A stretch of DNA of 64,000 nucleotides from Candidatus Nomurabacteria bacterium (GCA_023267375.1 JAHFNJ010000004.1:513-64512), one strand, 5' to 3'. Shown: positions 28,081-38,284, counted from the stretch's first letter. A program made the numbers and translations. Notes: generated from the letters alone by a model not told the origin.

Positions 28081-28962
28081 TTAACTGACACTCGCCATAC
28101 CGGCACTTATTTCTGATATTTCCTGCGTAATCGACGATTGGCGGGCTTTGTTGAATACTAATGTCAGATCATCGATCATCTCCCCTGCGGCTTCGCTAGC
28201 GTTCTTCATGGCGACCATGCGGGAGGATTGTTCAGAGGCCATGGATTCGAGAAGCATCTGGTACACCTGCGCTCTGGATAATTTTTCTACAAGTTTCTCA
28301 ATCAGGACTTCATACGATGGCTCGAAGGTGTAATCAGTTTTTCCATTCTTTCGTTCTTTTATTTCACCGTTTACTTCCTTAATGATCTTTTCTTTTGAAA
28401 TCGGCAAGAGTTGTCTGATAGTGGCTTTTTGTGAAAGGGCTGACACGAAGTCGGTATATGCAATGTAGACGTGATCATATTTTTGACTGCCGTATTCTTC
28501 AAATAAAATGGAAGCGACAGGGAGAATGTCACGGAGCGACAACGTATCGGGAAGTTCCGTAAATGAAGCCACGATATTTTGGCCAAGCCGGCGAAGCGCT
28601 GCGTCGCCTTTCTTGCCGACGGTTACAAAATCAATCGGTACAGAGCTTTGTTTTATAAAATTCATGGTCTGACGGATTGCCTGTGCATTGTAGGCACCAC
28701 AGAGTCCACGGTTTGAAGTAACTAATACAAAAAGTGTTTTAGCAGCTGGACGCTCAACAAAGAGTGGATTGACGCTCTCGGTAATAGCCTCAGAAAGTGA
28801 TTCAAGAATCTCAAGTGAATAGCGTGCATAGACACGTGAAGAGAGCGCGCTCGCAACTGCGCGTTTCATTTTCGAAGCCGCTACCAATTCCATCGCCTTA
28901 GTGATTTTCTTGGTGTTCTTTACGGACTTTATTCGTCGTTTAATTTCTTTAGTTGATGCCAT
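28081..28962 (-). CDS. atpG: F1 ATP synthase gamma subunit
   Basis: 'MASTKEIKRRIKSVKNTKKITKAMELVAASKM'. Confidence 0.9.
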   Translation of the reverse strand: MASTKEIKRRIKSVKNTKKITKAMELVAASKMKRAVASALSSRVYARYSLEILESLSEAITESVNPLFVERPAAKTLFVLVTSNRGLCGAYNAQAIRQTMNFIKQSSVPIDFVTVGKKGDAALRRLGQNIVASFTELPDTLSLRDILPVASILFEEYGSQKYDHVYIAYTDFVSALSQKATIRQLLPISKEKIIKEVNGEIKERKNGKTDYTFEPSYEVLIEKLVEKLSRAQVYQMLLESMASEQSSRMVAMKNASEAAGEMIDDLTLVFNKARQSSITQEISEISAGMASVS

Positions 28963-28966
28963 ATTA

Positions 28967-29479
28967 TTAATGCCAACTCATTCCCATCAAGCTCGTAATT
29001 AGGGAATAAATAGAGATAAAAAATCCTAAACTAATAAGAAATTTAGCTGTTTTTTGGGCTGGTTCATTTTTTGATATTATCTTTGCTTGCATACTAAGAA
29101 TGAATGTTGCTATTGAAAGAATAAGTAAAATTCCAAGTTTAAATTCTTTTGTATTTATCCCAAAAAAATCAAAAGATGCAATAATCCAGAAAATAACTGT
29201 CAACACCAAAAATAATCCTTGCCAAAAATATATCTTAGAACTTTTTATTGAAGGAGTAGTGTTTATATTATTTTCTTCTTTCTGTTTTAGATATTTCTTA
29301 TTTAGAAACAATAGGATAAGAATAAAAGCAACGAACACACATACAGAAACTATATTATTACCACTTGCAATAGAAAATATTTTTTGAAAAATAAAAGTTA
29401 AAAATATTGATCCAATAAAGATTAATATATTTCTTAGATTATTTTGTTTAGATTTTGGTTCCATATTTTTATTTCCCAA
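28967..29479 (-). CDS. Hypothetical 4-TM membrane protein inside the atp operon (strongly AT-rich)
   Basis: 170-aa ORF with Asn/Ile/Lys-rich composition; the DNA is much more AT-rich than flanking atpA/atpG. Confidence 0.5.
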   Translation of the reverse strand: MGNKNMEPKSKQNNLRNILIFIGSIFLTFIFQKIFSIASGNNIVSVCVFVAFILILLFLNKKYLKQKEENNINTTPSIKSSKIYFWQGLFLVLTVIFWIIASFDFFGINTKEFKLGILLILSIATFILSMQAKIISKNEPAQKTAKFLISLGFFISIYSLITSLMGMSWH

Positions 29480-29488
29480 ACCTCATTA

Positions 29489-29896
29489 CTATCTACATTC
29501 TGGTGATACCGAACCTAGTTCCGTAAAATGCTTCTCTGCAACTTCCCCTGTCTTTGCATTTATGAATACTTCGGGAATATTTCCGGCAATATCATTCGAT
29601 CCTCCAGCAACACGTACCATACCAAACTGATCAGTAGTTGAATACACCACACCTACTCGCCAATACTTTTGAACTTCTGGATTCAAAGATACCTGTCGAT
29701 CAATGAGGGCCGCCGTGAGAGACTCGACTTCAATCTTATTTGCCTCAGTCGACACCCAACACTTTTTTATTATCGGATCAGCAATACTGAGTGCTTCTTG
29801 TTTTGAAATGTAATGATTTTTCATCCAAGCAAAGTATCCGATGCCAAGGATTATGACAAGAATGATGATTATGTAGGCTAGTGAATTTTTTTTCAT
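29489..29896 (-). CDS. Membrane-anchored PepSY-like domain protein inside the atp operon
   Basis: N-terminal TM, 'ISKQEALSIA...VFINAKTGEV' PepSY-like pattern. Confidence 0.45.
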   Translation of the reverse strand: MKKNSLAYIIIILVIILGIGYFAWMKNHYISKQEALSIADPIIKKCWVSTEANKIEVESLTAALIDRQVSLNPEVQKYWRVGVVYSTTDQFGMVRVAGGSNDIAGNIPEVFINAKTGEVAEKHFTELGSVSPECR

Positions 29897-29900
29897 AGTT

Positions 29901-31403
29901 TTACTTTAAGAAAGTTACTTTGAAATCAGCAATCGCCTTTTTAATATTCCCCTCCTCGCCCTCGCTCCACATACCTTTTTCTTTGACTTCACTCATGAAG
30001 TTTTTGGCATTAACAGATGCGTAGTCGATCAAGCCTGTTTCGAATTCTTTGATTTTTTCAACTGGCACATCATCCATATAACCACGAGTGAGCGCATAGA
30101 GAGCCACCACTTGGTTTTCAACGACAACCGGTGAGTACTGAGGCTGTTTCAACATTTCAACGGCACGGCGTCCGCGGTCGAGTGTTTTCTTTGTGCTTTC
30201 ATCGAGATCAGAACCGAACTGTGAGAATGCTTCAAGTTCGCGGAATTGCGCGAGGTCGAGCTTGAGTGTTCCCGCCACTTTCTTCATAGCTTTGATCTGC
30301 GCTGATGAACCCACGCGAGACACCGAGAAACCGACGTTTACCGCAGGACGAATACCTTTGTAGAAAAGATCTGTTTCCAAGAAAATCTGACCGTCGGTGA
30401 TAGAAATAACGTTTGTCGGAATGTACGCAGAAATGTCGCCTGCTTGGGTTTCAATGATTGGAAGCGCAGTAATAGAACCTCCGCCAGCTTCTTTGTTGCG
30501 GCGGCAAGCACGCTCGAGCAAGCGTGAGTGCAAGTAGAAGACATCTCCTGGGTATGCTTCACGGCCTGGTGGACGGCGGAGCAAGAGTGAGATTTCGCGG
30601 TATGCCACAGCGTGTTTCGAAAGATCATCGTAAATGATGAGAACGTCCTGACCTTGATCCATGAAGTATTCAGCAATAGCCACACCAGTGTAAGGTGCGA
30701 TATATGAGAGTGCAGCAGATTCTGATGCGCCTGCAGAAACGATAACGGTGTAATCCATTGCGCCGCCTTCACGAAGACGAGTTTCGAGTTTGCGGAGTTT
30801 TGAATCTTTTTGACCGATCGAAACGTAGACACAGATAAGGTTCTGGCCTTTTTGGTTCAAGATGGTGTCTATAGCGATTGCAGTCTTACCGGTCTGACGG
30901 TCGCCGATGATGAGTTCGCGTTGTCCACGACCAATCGGAATAAGTGCGTCGATAGCTTTGATTCCAGTCTGTACTGGCTGATCCACTGACTGACGAGTAA
31001 TAACACCAGAAGCTACGCGTTCTACTGGATACATTGCATCGCCCTTAAGCGCACCTTTACCGTCGATAGCAGCACCGAGCGCGTTTACCACGCGACCAAT
31101 CGTGCCTTTTCCTACTGGTACTTCCAAAATCTTGCCGGTTGCACGAACTTCGTCACCTTCTTTAATCTTTGAGAAATCACCGAGAATAACCACACCCACA
31201 GAATCTTCTTCGAGGTTGAGCGCTACGCCTGTTTCGCCATGAGCAAACGTCACCATTTCCGATGCTTTGATATCAGAAAGTCCTGACACTTTTGCTACGC
31301 CGTCGAACACTTCCTGCACCACGCCGACTTTTTCAGCTTTTGTATGAGCTTTGAATTCGCCGATTGCCTGTTTTAAATTTTCTACGATTGTTGATTTTGA
31401 CAT
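29901..31403 (-). CDS. atpA: F1 ATP synthase alpha subunit
   Basis: Walker A 'GDRQTGKTA', 'DDLSKHA'. Confidence 0.95.
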   Translation of the reverse strand: MSKSTIVENLKQAIGEFKAHTKAEKVGVVQEVFDGVAKVSGLSDIKASEMVTFAHGETGVALNLEEDSVGVVILGDFSKIKEGDEVRATGKILEVPVGKGTIGRVVNALGAAIDGKGALKGDAMYPVERVASGVITRQSVDQPVQTGIKAIDALIPIGRGQRELIIGDRQTGKTAIAIDTILNQKGQNLICVYVSIGQKDSKLRKLETRLREGGAMDYTVIVSAGASESAALSYIAPYTGVAIAEYFMDQGQDVLIIYDDLSKHAVAYREISLLLRRPPGREAYPGDVFYLHSRLLERACRRNKEAGGGSITALPIIETQAGDISAYIPTNVISITDGQIFLETDLFYKGIRPAVNVGFSVSRVGSSAQIKAMKKVAGTLKLDLAQFRELEAFSQFGSDLDESTKKTLDRGRRAVEMLKQPQYSPVVVENQVVALYALTRGYMDDVPVEKIKEFETGLIDYASVNAKNFMSEVKEKGMWSEGEEGNIKKAIADFKVTFLK

Positions 31404-31404
31404 A

Positions 31405-31809
31405 TTATTTTACGAGATATTCTTCTAATTGTTTCAGTTTGGTTTTGAGACTCGCGTCATACAGTGTGTCCCCGACTTTTATTTTCACTCCGCCAAGCAA
31501 ACTTTCATCTTCGCTTTCTTCCATCACGACATGCTCTGCTTTGTGCTTGTCGGCAATGAAATGTTTGATGTCGTGACGTTCTCGTTCAGTGAGCTTATTC
31601 TTTGATGACACGACAGCTCTGGCAGTTTTGTGCTCCTCGTCATAAATCTTCTCAAAGCGTTTCAAGAATTGTGCTGTGTGCGACAACGCTCCATGCTGTT
31701 TGATCATGAGAAGTGCGGCATGAATGAGTTTCTGTTGCTCTTCATGGGTCTTCCCTTCCGTTGCTTCATAGAGAGCGTCCGCTAAATTGTTAATATCAAA
31801 CTTTGCCAT
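31405..31809 (-). CDS. atpH: F1 ATP synthase delta subunit (short form)
   Basis: Position between atpF and atpA; OSCP-like C-terminal '[21 protein letters not shown]'. Confidence 0.7.
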   Translation of the reverse strand: MAKFDINNLADALYEATEGKTHEEQQKLIHAALLMIKQHGALSHTAQFLKRFEKIYDEEHKTARAVVSSKNKLTERERHDIKHFIADKHKAEHVVMEESEDESLLGGVKIKVGDTLYDASLKTKLKQLEEYLVK

Positions 31810-31812
31810 ATA

Positions 31813-32310
31813 TTATTTAAAGTGCGCCACACTCGTTTCAATAAGTGCTGCATCGATCTTTTCACTGATTCCCTTCGTTAATACTTTCTCTGTGGCAGAA
31901 GTTACCAAACTCGCAAGTTCTTTCTTTGCATCATCCAACATCTTTTTCTTTTCTTCTTCGAGCGTTGCTGTACCTTGCGCCATTATTTTTGAAACTTCTT
32001 TCTTGGCATCTTCGAGCATTTCATTTTTCTTCATTTCAGCGTCTTTCTTCGCCTTTGCGAAAATATCACTTGCTTCCTTACGCGCTTCTGCCAAAGCTTT
32101 GTCATATTCTGCCTGTGTTTTCAAAAGCGTTTCAGCATTTACCTTTGCATCAGCCAAACCTTTTTCAATATTTGCTGAACGTTCACTCATAAGCTTGCCA
32201 AGTGGCTTAATAGCAAAACGATAGAGTACGAAAATAACCACAGCAAAGTTTATGAGCTGCGCGATCAAAATTTTTATATCGAGGTGAAATGAAGAAACAA
32301 TTGATTCCAT
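31813..32310 (-). CDS. atpF: Fo ATP synthase b subunit
   Basis: 'IAQLINFAVVIFVLYRFAIKPLGKLMSER' plus a long charged helix. Start set at ATG 32310 (the track start at 32391 is upstream). Confidence 0.8.
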   Translation of the reverse strand: MESIVSSFHLDIKILIAQLINFAVVIFVLYRFAIKPLGKLMSERSANIEKGLADAKVNAETLLKTQAEYDKALAEARKEASDIFAKAKKDAEMKKNEMLEDAKKEVSKIMAQGTATLEEEKKKMLDDAKKELASLVTSATEKVLTKGISEKIDAALIETSVAHFK

Positions 32311-32411
32311 AATAGTTGGATAAAATAATAGTAAGAAAGACTGTTCTAACGAACAGTTGAAGATGTAAGAACGAAGGATAGGACTTCGCACTCACACCTA
32401 GCAACTATCAA

Positions 32412-32660
<249 letters not shown>

Positions 32661-32746
32661 TTAACTAATAATGTTTAAAACCCTAGATTCCGGGTCAAGT
32701 ACATAATGATAGATCATTCTGGACTTGATACGGAATCCTGTTTCAT

Positions 32747-33625
32747 TTATGCATGTGCAACTTCTTCCATCTCAAACTCAACTTCTTTCTCTAATGTCTC
32801 AGCATGATCGTGTTCTTCATGATCTTGAGCAGCAATCGTAAAGTAGACGAGCACTAAGATCGAGAAGATCAAGGCCTGGATAAGCCCCACGAACACTTCA
32901 AGAAACAAGAATGGAACAGGGAGAACATACGCAAAAATAGCCGCCATCGCGCCCAAGAGGACCTCGCCGGCAAAGACGTTACCGAATAATCGGAACGACA
33001 AGGAAGCGACTTTTGCTGCTTCTCCCACAAGCTCGAGCATTCCAACAAAGAACATAATCGGCGCAGTCAAAAGGATCATTGGCTCCTTACGGACCTTTGT
33101 AAAAATACTACCGAGCGCCTTAAGATTAACATATTTATTGAACATTTTCCACGCACCGATTGAGACAATTCCAAAGAGATTTGAACCGATAACAGCGCAC
33201 AAAGCGAGCGCAATAGTGGTGTTTACATCAGCTGTCCCACTTCGCAAAAATGGAATAAAGGAAGTGCCTTCTGCCCCCTTTTCAAGCAAACCAAAAGAAC
33301 CGAATGGGAGTATTCCCAACCAGTTATTGATGAGCACGAATGTAAATATTGAGAAAGCCAACGGAAAAACTCGTGTAGTAATTTTTCGATCCCCCGTTAC
33401 TTGGTCTGCGAGTGAGTATGCGCCCTCGAGAATTATTTCAAACCCGTTTTGGAGCTTACCAGGAACATTGCGAAGTTTAGTCTTAAGAAGAGCAACAAAG
33501 AGAATAATGATAGCTACTGTTATCCAACTGGTAAGCAACGCATTTGTGATTTGAAAATTACCGACATGTGCTATCGGTTCAGCGTAAAGTGTTACTTCAT
33601 GTTTTACTTCAGTGTTGTTTTCCAT
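32747..33625 (-). CDS. atpB: Fo ATP synthase a subunit, with about 28-aa acidic/His-rich C-terminal extension
   Basis: 'SLSFRLFGNVFAGEVLLG' conserved Arg helix; tail 'AAQDHEEHDHAETLEKEVEFEMEEVAHA'. Confidence 0.9.
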   Translation of the reverse strand: MENNTEVKHEVTLYAEPIAHVGNFQITNALLTSWITVAIIILFVALLKTKLRNVPGKLQNGFEIILEGAYSLADQVTGDRKITTRVFPLAFSIFTFVLINNWLGILPFGSFGLLEKGAEGTSFIPFLRSGTADVNTTIALALCAVIGSNLFGIVSIGAWKMFNKYVNLKALGSIFTKVRKEPMILLTAPIMFFVGMLELVGEAAKVASLSFRLFGNVFAGEVLLGAMAAIFAYVLPVPFLFLEVFVGLIQALIFSILVLVYFTIAAQDHEEHDHAETLEKEVEFEMEEVAHA

Positions 33626-33638
33626 AAAAATTTGTTTA

Positions 33639-33730
33639 AGTATACTGGTACGTTAGTAAGCTGGTAAGTTAGACGGGCTCAATCGGAATTTTTCTAGCTT
33701 ACTAATTTACTAGATTACTAACTTACTTTC
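33639..33730. repeat. Octamer-array element pair in inverted orientation (33639-33672 and 33694-33730) between atpZ-like stop and atpB start
   Basis: 'agtatactggtacgttagtaagctggtaagttag' ... 'ctagcttactaatttactagattactaacttactttc'; the core 'ttagtaagctgg'/'ctagcttactaa' can pair as a long stem. Confidence 0.6.
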
Positions 33731-34011
33731 TCTCTGTCTTTCTTTTCTTTATCCTCTTTTTCAAGCTTCTTAATATATGCCTTGATCACTTTTACAATCA
33801 TGAAGCATGATGCCAGAAAAGCCATCGCGATAAGTCCTAAAAATATCCATGGCTTGGTACCAAAATGCTTATCAAGCGCCCTTCCAATAATAACCGCAAG
33901 AACAAGCGGTAAGGCTACCCACATTGAAACTTGTCCAAAAATAATGAGGGATGGCTGCCACCACGGAGTTTTGTTTTGAGGATCAGGGGTCATAATATAG
34001 AAAAAGGCCAC
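33718..34011 (-). CDS. AtpZ/AtpI-like small membrane protein (putative Fo assembly/accessory)
   Basis: 'VALPLVLAVIIGRALDKHFGTKPWIFLGLIAMAFLASCFMIVK' resembles the ATPase_gene1 family; sits immediately upstream of atpB. Confidence 0.5.
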   Translation of the reverse strand: MAFFYIMTPDPQNKTPWWQPSLIIFGQVSMWVALPLVLAVIIGRALDKHFGTKPWIFLGLIAMAFLASCFMIVKVIKAYIKKLEKEDKEKKDREKVS

Positions 34012-34108
34012 AAAATGACCGACCCCAGTATAACGGAAATTGTTAAAAAAGTATAGGGTTTGTTTGATATTATTTGAAAATTTGGTATAGTGCTACTCGT
34101 TACCGTTT

Positions 34109-34181
34109 GCGTGTGTAGCTCAGCTGGTAGAGCATTCGACTGATACTCGAAAGGTCCCAGGTTCGATCCCTGGCACACGCA
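34109..34181 (+). tRNA. tRNA-Ile (anticodon GAT)
   Basis: Folded by eye: acceptor GCGTGTG/CACACGC, D-arm GCTC..GAGC, anticodon stem TTCGA/TCGAA with loop CTGATAC, T-arm CCAGG-TTCGATC-CCTGG, discriminator A; 73 nt, no encoded CCA. Confidence 0.85.
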
Positions 34182-34249
34182 CCTCAATTTGGTCTTGAAT
34201 GCGTGTTATACTTAGATGGTTAGATTTAGTACATAATTTTATAAAATGT

Positions 34250-34936
34250 ATGTCTTTAGAGTCATCTAATTTTGCAGTAAAAAATGCGGAAACAATAAAT
34301 GAACAAGCGGCACTCGAAAACAAGGTCCCAGAGGAGCTTAAGACAGAACTCACAAAACATCCACGTTTCCGAAAGTTAATATATGCTTTTTTAACTTCTA
34401 CTATACTGCTAACTACGGGAATAAAGTCAGAAGCACAGAAAAGCAGCTACCTTTTTTCTGATACTAAAAAATTAGAGATGAGACGTTCAAACGAGCAGCT
34501 ATCGAAAGAAGTAGACTCGTTGTTTCAAGAAATGCTGAAAAGTGGTGCTTTCGAGCAAGGAATTTCTGATCCCAGAGAGTACAAAGCTAAAACACCGAAA
34601 AAATTAAGTATTAGGTTTACAGATACTGATAATGACAAGCACTTTTCAAAAGGAGATAGTTTTGACTACATGAGCTGGACAGAAAACGGAAGCATGAAGA
34701 TTATTTCAATAAATAAAGAAGGTGAAACCCGAGCTGCTGATTTTAATATGCGAAACCCTCATCAATCTGGAATTGAGGGTGCTGAAATTGTCACCCTGGG
34801 ACAACTTACAAGCGAAACAGGGATCATTTATGAAACAGGAGATGGTGATATAAATATGCCCGTAGCAAGGAAGGTGTTGACCCATCAAGATCAGGTTAAA
34901 ATTTTAAATGATGTAATAACTACTCTATATAAATAA
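34250..34936 (+). CDS. Hypothetical protein, N-terminal TM/signal; AT-rich gene next to the tRNA
   Basis: ORF only (track 34199..34936; an internal ATG at 34250 is the likelier start). Confidence 0.4.
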   Translation: MSLESSNFAVKNAETINEQAALENKVPEELKTELTKHPRFRKLIYAFLTSTILLTTGIKSEAQKSSYLFSDTKKLEMRRSNEQLSKEVDSLFQEMLKSGAFEQGISDPREYKAKTPKKLSIRFTDTDNDKHFSKGDSFDYMSWTENGSMKIISINKEGETRAADFNMRNPHQSGIEGAEIVTLGQLTSETGIIYETGDGDINMPVARKVLTHQDQVKILNDVITTLYK

Positions 34937-34938
34937 AA

Positions 34939-34968
34939 AAACTCCCTTTCGGGAGTTTTTTTATTTTG
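34939..34968. terminator. Bidirectional terminator
   Basis: 'aaactccctttcgggagtttttttatttt'. Confidence 0.7.
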
Positions 34969-34984
34969 AGATACTAATGAGGTA

Positions 34985-35287
34985 TTAGTAATCTCGGCGT
35001 CCACCTCCAGAGAAACCTCCAGATCGTGGAGGACGAGCCTCCATAGGACGAGCTTCGTTCACAGTCAACTTTCGTCCACCGAAGTCTTGACCGTTGAACA
35101 TTGAGATAGCTTTCTCAGCGTCAGCATCATTTGACATCTCTACGAATCCAAAACCTTTGGAACGTCCAGACATCTTATCCATGATAATGGTTGCTGATTC
35201 AACAGCGCCAGCCTGCTCGAAATGAGCGCGAAGCTCATCGTCAGTTGTGCTGTAAGGTAAGCCACCTACATACAATTTCTTTGCCAT
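34985..35287 (-). CDS. RRM-type RNA-binding protein with Gly/Arg-rich tail
   Basis: 'KLYVGGLPYSTTDDELRAHF...SKGFGFVEM' RNP2/RNP1; C-terminal 'RSGGFSGGGRRDY'. Confidence 0.8.
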   Translation of the reverse strand: MAKKLYVGGLPYSTTDDELRAHFEQAGAVESATIIMDKMSGRSKGFGFVEMSNDADAEKAISMFNGQDFGGRKLTVNEARPMEARPPRSGGFSGGGRRDY

Positions 35288-35493
35288 ATATGACAATTTA
35301 CTCAGTTTATTCCTTTTGCAAGGAGTAAACCAAAACTAACTTATAAATGTAATCGCCTTTGGCCGATTTCCATCCATAACCTCAATGTTTTTGACACGAA
35401 GCATGAAACGAGAAAGACTTTTGGAAACTACTGCCAAAAGAATAGCACATATAAACGAAAAAAGCAAGGTGTTGGGGATAAGTAAAATAAGGG

Positions 35494-36465
35494 TTATTCC
35501 TCATCCTCCCCCGTTTCCCCACTCTCAAGGGCCTCGAGGATCTTATCTATCTCTCCGCGCATGATGCCAGGGATGTTTGAAAACGATTTTTTGATACGAT
35601 GGTCGGTCACACGGTCCTGTGGAAAGTTGTAAGTGCGGATTTTTTCACTGCGATCTGCGGTACCAATCTGCGCTTTTCGATCACCAGCGTATTTTTTTGC
35701 CTCTTCTTCCTCTTTTAACTGTTGGAGCTTTGCAGTAAGAATTGTCATCGCCTTCTCACGATTTGCGAGCTGACTACGTTCACTCGTCGAACGCACATCG
35801 ATGCCTGTTGGCTTGTGAATAAGGCGCACCGCTGTCTCCACTTTGTTCACGTTCTGCCCTCCAGCGCCACCGGAACGAGAATATTCCATATCAAGATCCG
35901 CAGGATTGATCACAAAGTTTACTTTTTTACGAATTGGAAGAATTGCAACTGAAGCAGTCGAGGTATGAATACGGCCATTTTTTTCAGTTCCCGGAACACG
36001 TTGCACACGATGAACTCCTGTCTCATGACGAAGCAAGCGGTACACATCTTTGCCTTTGAATTCAAAGGATGCTTCTTTGTAGCCGCCGACTTCATTTTCT
36101 GGTGCATAGTTTGTTTTATATTCCCATCCATGAGCATCAGCGTAGCGCTTATACATTTCTGCAAGTTGCCAAGCAAAAAGCGAGGCTTCATCACCGCCTG
36201 CCCCAGCGCGTACTTCCATGACAATTTCATTTGGAAATTCTTCTTCTACTTTTTCTGATTTTTGAATTTCAGCAATCTGTCGCTCCACTCCTTCGCGTTG
36301 TTCCTTCAAAACCTCAAGTTCTTCTTCTGCCATTTCAGCCATACTCGGGTCAGTGGCTGCCATATCTTCTACTGATTTTTGCTCTTTCAAAATGCGTTCG
36401 TATTCGTTCGCAAGATACGACGTTTTGTGATTCTTCTTCAATTCTTCGAGATTAAAATCAGACAT
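35494..36465 (-). CDS. prfA: Peptide chain release factor 1
   Basis: '[15 protein letters not shown]' (PxT-type) and '[11 protein letters not shown]' GGQ motif. Confidence 0.8.
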   Translation of the reverse strand: MSDFNLEELKKNHKTSYLANEYERILKEQKSVEDMAATDPSMAEMAEEELEVLKEQREGVERQIAEIQKSEKVEEEFPNEIVMEVRAGAGGDEASLFAWQLAEMYKRYADAHGWEYKTNYAPENEVGGYKEASFEFKGKDVYRLLRHETGVHRVQRVPGTEKNGRIHTSTASVAILPIRKKVNFVINPADLDMEYSRSGGAGGQNVNKVETAVRLIHKPTGIDVRSTSERSQLANREKAMTILTAKLQQLKEEEEAKKYAGDRKAQIGTADRSEKIRTYNFPQDRVTDHRIKKSFSNIPGIMRGEIDKILEALESGETGEDEE

Positions 36466-36542
36466 AAGACTATTGTAACAGCCAAAAGAAAAATCGCCAT
36501 TATCCGTTTTTCACGGTGGCGATTTTTCGAGTGAAACTATCG

Positions 36543-36770
36543 TTATTTCTTAGCTTTTGCTTTTTCCTTTGAGAGAGCTGTGCGCTTCTTGAATTTATCT
36601 ACACGGCCAGCTGTATCGAGCACTTTTTCGTTACCTGTATAGAATGGATGGCACTGACTGCAGATTTCAACCTGTACGTCTTCCTTTGTTCCAGGAATAG
36701 CGAAAACAGCTCCGCAAGCGCAGGTGATCTTAGCATTAGTAAAGTATTTTGGGTGAATTTCTGTTTTCAT
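36543..36770 (-). CDS. rpmE: 50S ribosomal protein L31
   Basis: '[10 protein letters not shown]...CACGAVF...[10 protein letters not shown]'; start at ATG 36770. Confidence 0.85.
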   Translation of the reverse strand: MKTEIHPKYFTNAKITCACGAVFAIPGTKEDVQVEICSQCHPFYTGNEKVLDTAGRVDKFKKRTALSKEKAKAKK

Positions 36771-36847
36771 ATGTATGACTAAGTTAACACACTTTAAGGA
36801 AACTTGCAAATCCTGGTTTGGGCTGCTTTTTCGGCCAATTATATGGC

Positions 36848-38206
36848 CTAGTTCAATGGGTCAATCATATTAAGTTGGATATTTTGAGCTTTCTGCATCA
36901 CGCTTATACCATAAGGCGAACTCACTGTGGTACAGCCGCTCCCTCCTCCATAGTACTTACAAGCTGCAGACTTTTCAGAGCTGTATGTTTGCGCTCCTGC
37001 CCCCAAATCACCCAAATACATTGCAGAAGCCATGAAGGCATCACGTGGTACCCATGGATCAGGGGTTTTTGTGCCAAGCGCCGTACTCAAGCGACTGATG
37101 AACATTTTCCAGGTCGAAGGAATAAACTGCGCTGGGCCCATCGCACCACCGTACCCATAGCCGCCAATCGGACACGAAACGAGTGTTTTATATGGATCGC
37201 GTCCAAGCGATTTTGTAATTTCAAGAAACGGCCCAACATCACGCGTTGGCTTCATTACATTCGCAACAACAATTCCACGGCGAATACCGAACCCTGTTCC
37301 GGTCGTTGGATCAGTGAGGTAGCACGAACCTTGATCAGTTCCAAGGTTTGATTCTTGAGTGAGGATGGCGAGCAGAAACGCTGGACGAACACCGGTTTTT
37401 TGTGATGCAGCATTTGCATATTCAAGCGCCTTGCCGAACGGAATGGCTCCTGTGTCGCGAAGGTTGAAGAGTGCGGCACGAATTTTTGCAGCAAGTGCTG
37501 CCTTCGCAGCTTTTTGCTTTTCATACTCAGAAATATTTGAGTTTGTAATAGAGAGCAGCTGCTGTTTCTCAGTCTGGTTTTTTGCGACTTGTTTCTGCGA
37601 CATCTCGAGCTCAGCTTTTGCATCAAGCTCTTTATTTTGCTTATCTTGCAACACCGCTTTTTCTGATTCTGTTTTAGTCTTTGCGGTATCGATTGCTTGT
37701 ACTGATTCTTTTACTGATCGTTTGATTGATTGGAATGATTCGACATCACTGTAAAAATCTGAAATCGTGTTATCCGAAAGAACAAGGTTTACAATCGTAT
37801 TGGAATCCATTTCATTTGTCTTACGCAAGAGTTGCGCCAACGACTGGTGTTCGCGGATAATCTTTTCTTGCAGTGTCTCAATGGTAGAAACTTTTTCAGT
37901 AATATCGGTCTTCAGCTGTGCAATAGCGACTGAACGCGCTTTTATTTTCGTTTTCAATGCATTGATCTGGGCAGTAAGCAACGTTACATCCCCTTTTAAT
38001 GTCCCAGCTTGGCCTTTTAAGGCATTTGATTTGGCGGTAAGGTCTGCGAGTTGTTTTTCCAAATCATTTAACTGTTGCTGGCAAAGCTGTTTTTGAGCAG
38101 CATCCGCCGTTGGAATCGTGCAGTCGTATGCGGCAAGCCCTCTTGAGACAAATGCAGTTGTCGCAAAAAGAACAACGAGTGAAAATATAAGTACTTTTCT
38201 AAACAT
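36848..38206 (-). CDS. Secreted coiled-coil protein with C-terminal lysozyme-like/SLT (lytic transglycosylase) domain
   Basis: Signal peptide, about 230-aa heptad region, then '[10 protein letters not shown]...[13 protein letters not shown]' transglycosylase-like catalytic Glu/Ser region. Confidence 0.55.
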   Translation of the reverse strand: MFRKVLIFSLVVLFATTAFVSRGLAAYDCTIPTADAAQKQLCQQQLNDLEKQLADLTAKSNALKGQAGTLKGDVTLLTAQINALKTKIKARSVAIAQLKTDITEKVSTIETLQEKIIREHQSLAQLLRKTNEMDSNTIVNLVLSDNTISDFYSDVESFQSIKRSVKESVQAIDTAKTKTESEKAVLQDKQNKELDAKAELEMSQKQVAKNQTEKQQLLSITNSNISEYEKQKAAKAALAAKIRAALFNLRDTGAIPFGKALEYANAASQKTGVRPAFLLAILTQESNLGTDQGSCYLTDPTTGTGFGIRRGIVVANVMKPTRDVGPFLEITKSLGRDPYKTLVSCPIGGYGYGGAMGPAQFIPSTWKMFISRLSTALGTKTPDPWVPRDAFMASAMYLGDLGAGAQTYSSEKSAACKYYGGGSGCTTVSSPYGISVMQKAQNIQLNMIDPLN

Positions 38207-38254
38207 GGCGTTATTATAACATAAGCCGAAAACAGATTCTGTTTCTTACAAATA

Positions 38255-38284
38255 AAAAAGACCCCAGAAGGGGTCTTTTTTATT
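38255..38284. terminator. Bidirectional terminator
   Basis: 'aaaaagaccccagaaggggtctttttt'. Confidence 0.7.

Noticed and set aside
35494-36465. Programmed +1 frameshift typical of prfB
   Set aside because: The protein has the RF1-type 'PGT' tripeptide, not RF2 'SPF', and the ORF is continuous. This is prfA, so no frameshift is expected.
36818-38096. Plus-strand ORFs 36818-37351, 37359-37754 and 37767-38096
   Set aside because: They lie entirely antisense within the well-supported transglycosylase-like gene (36848-38206) and are Ser/Cys/Phe-rich shadow ORFs. The same holds for other overlapping track ORFs such as 8007-8480, 20439-20954, 30338-30832, 31787-32224, 33138-33554, 40415-40921 and 51699-52340.
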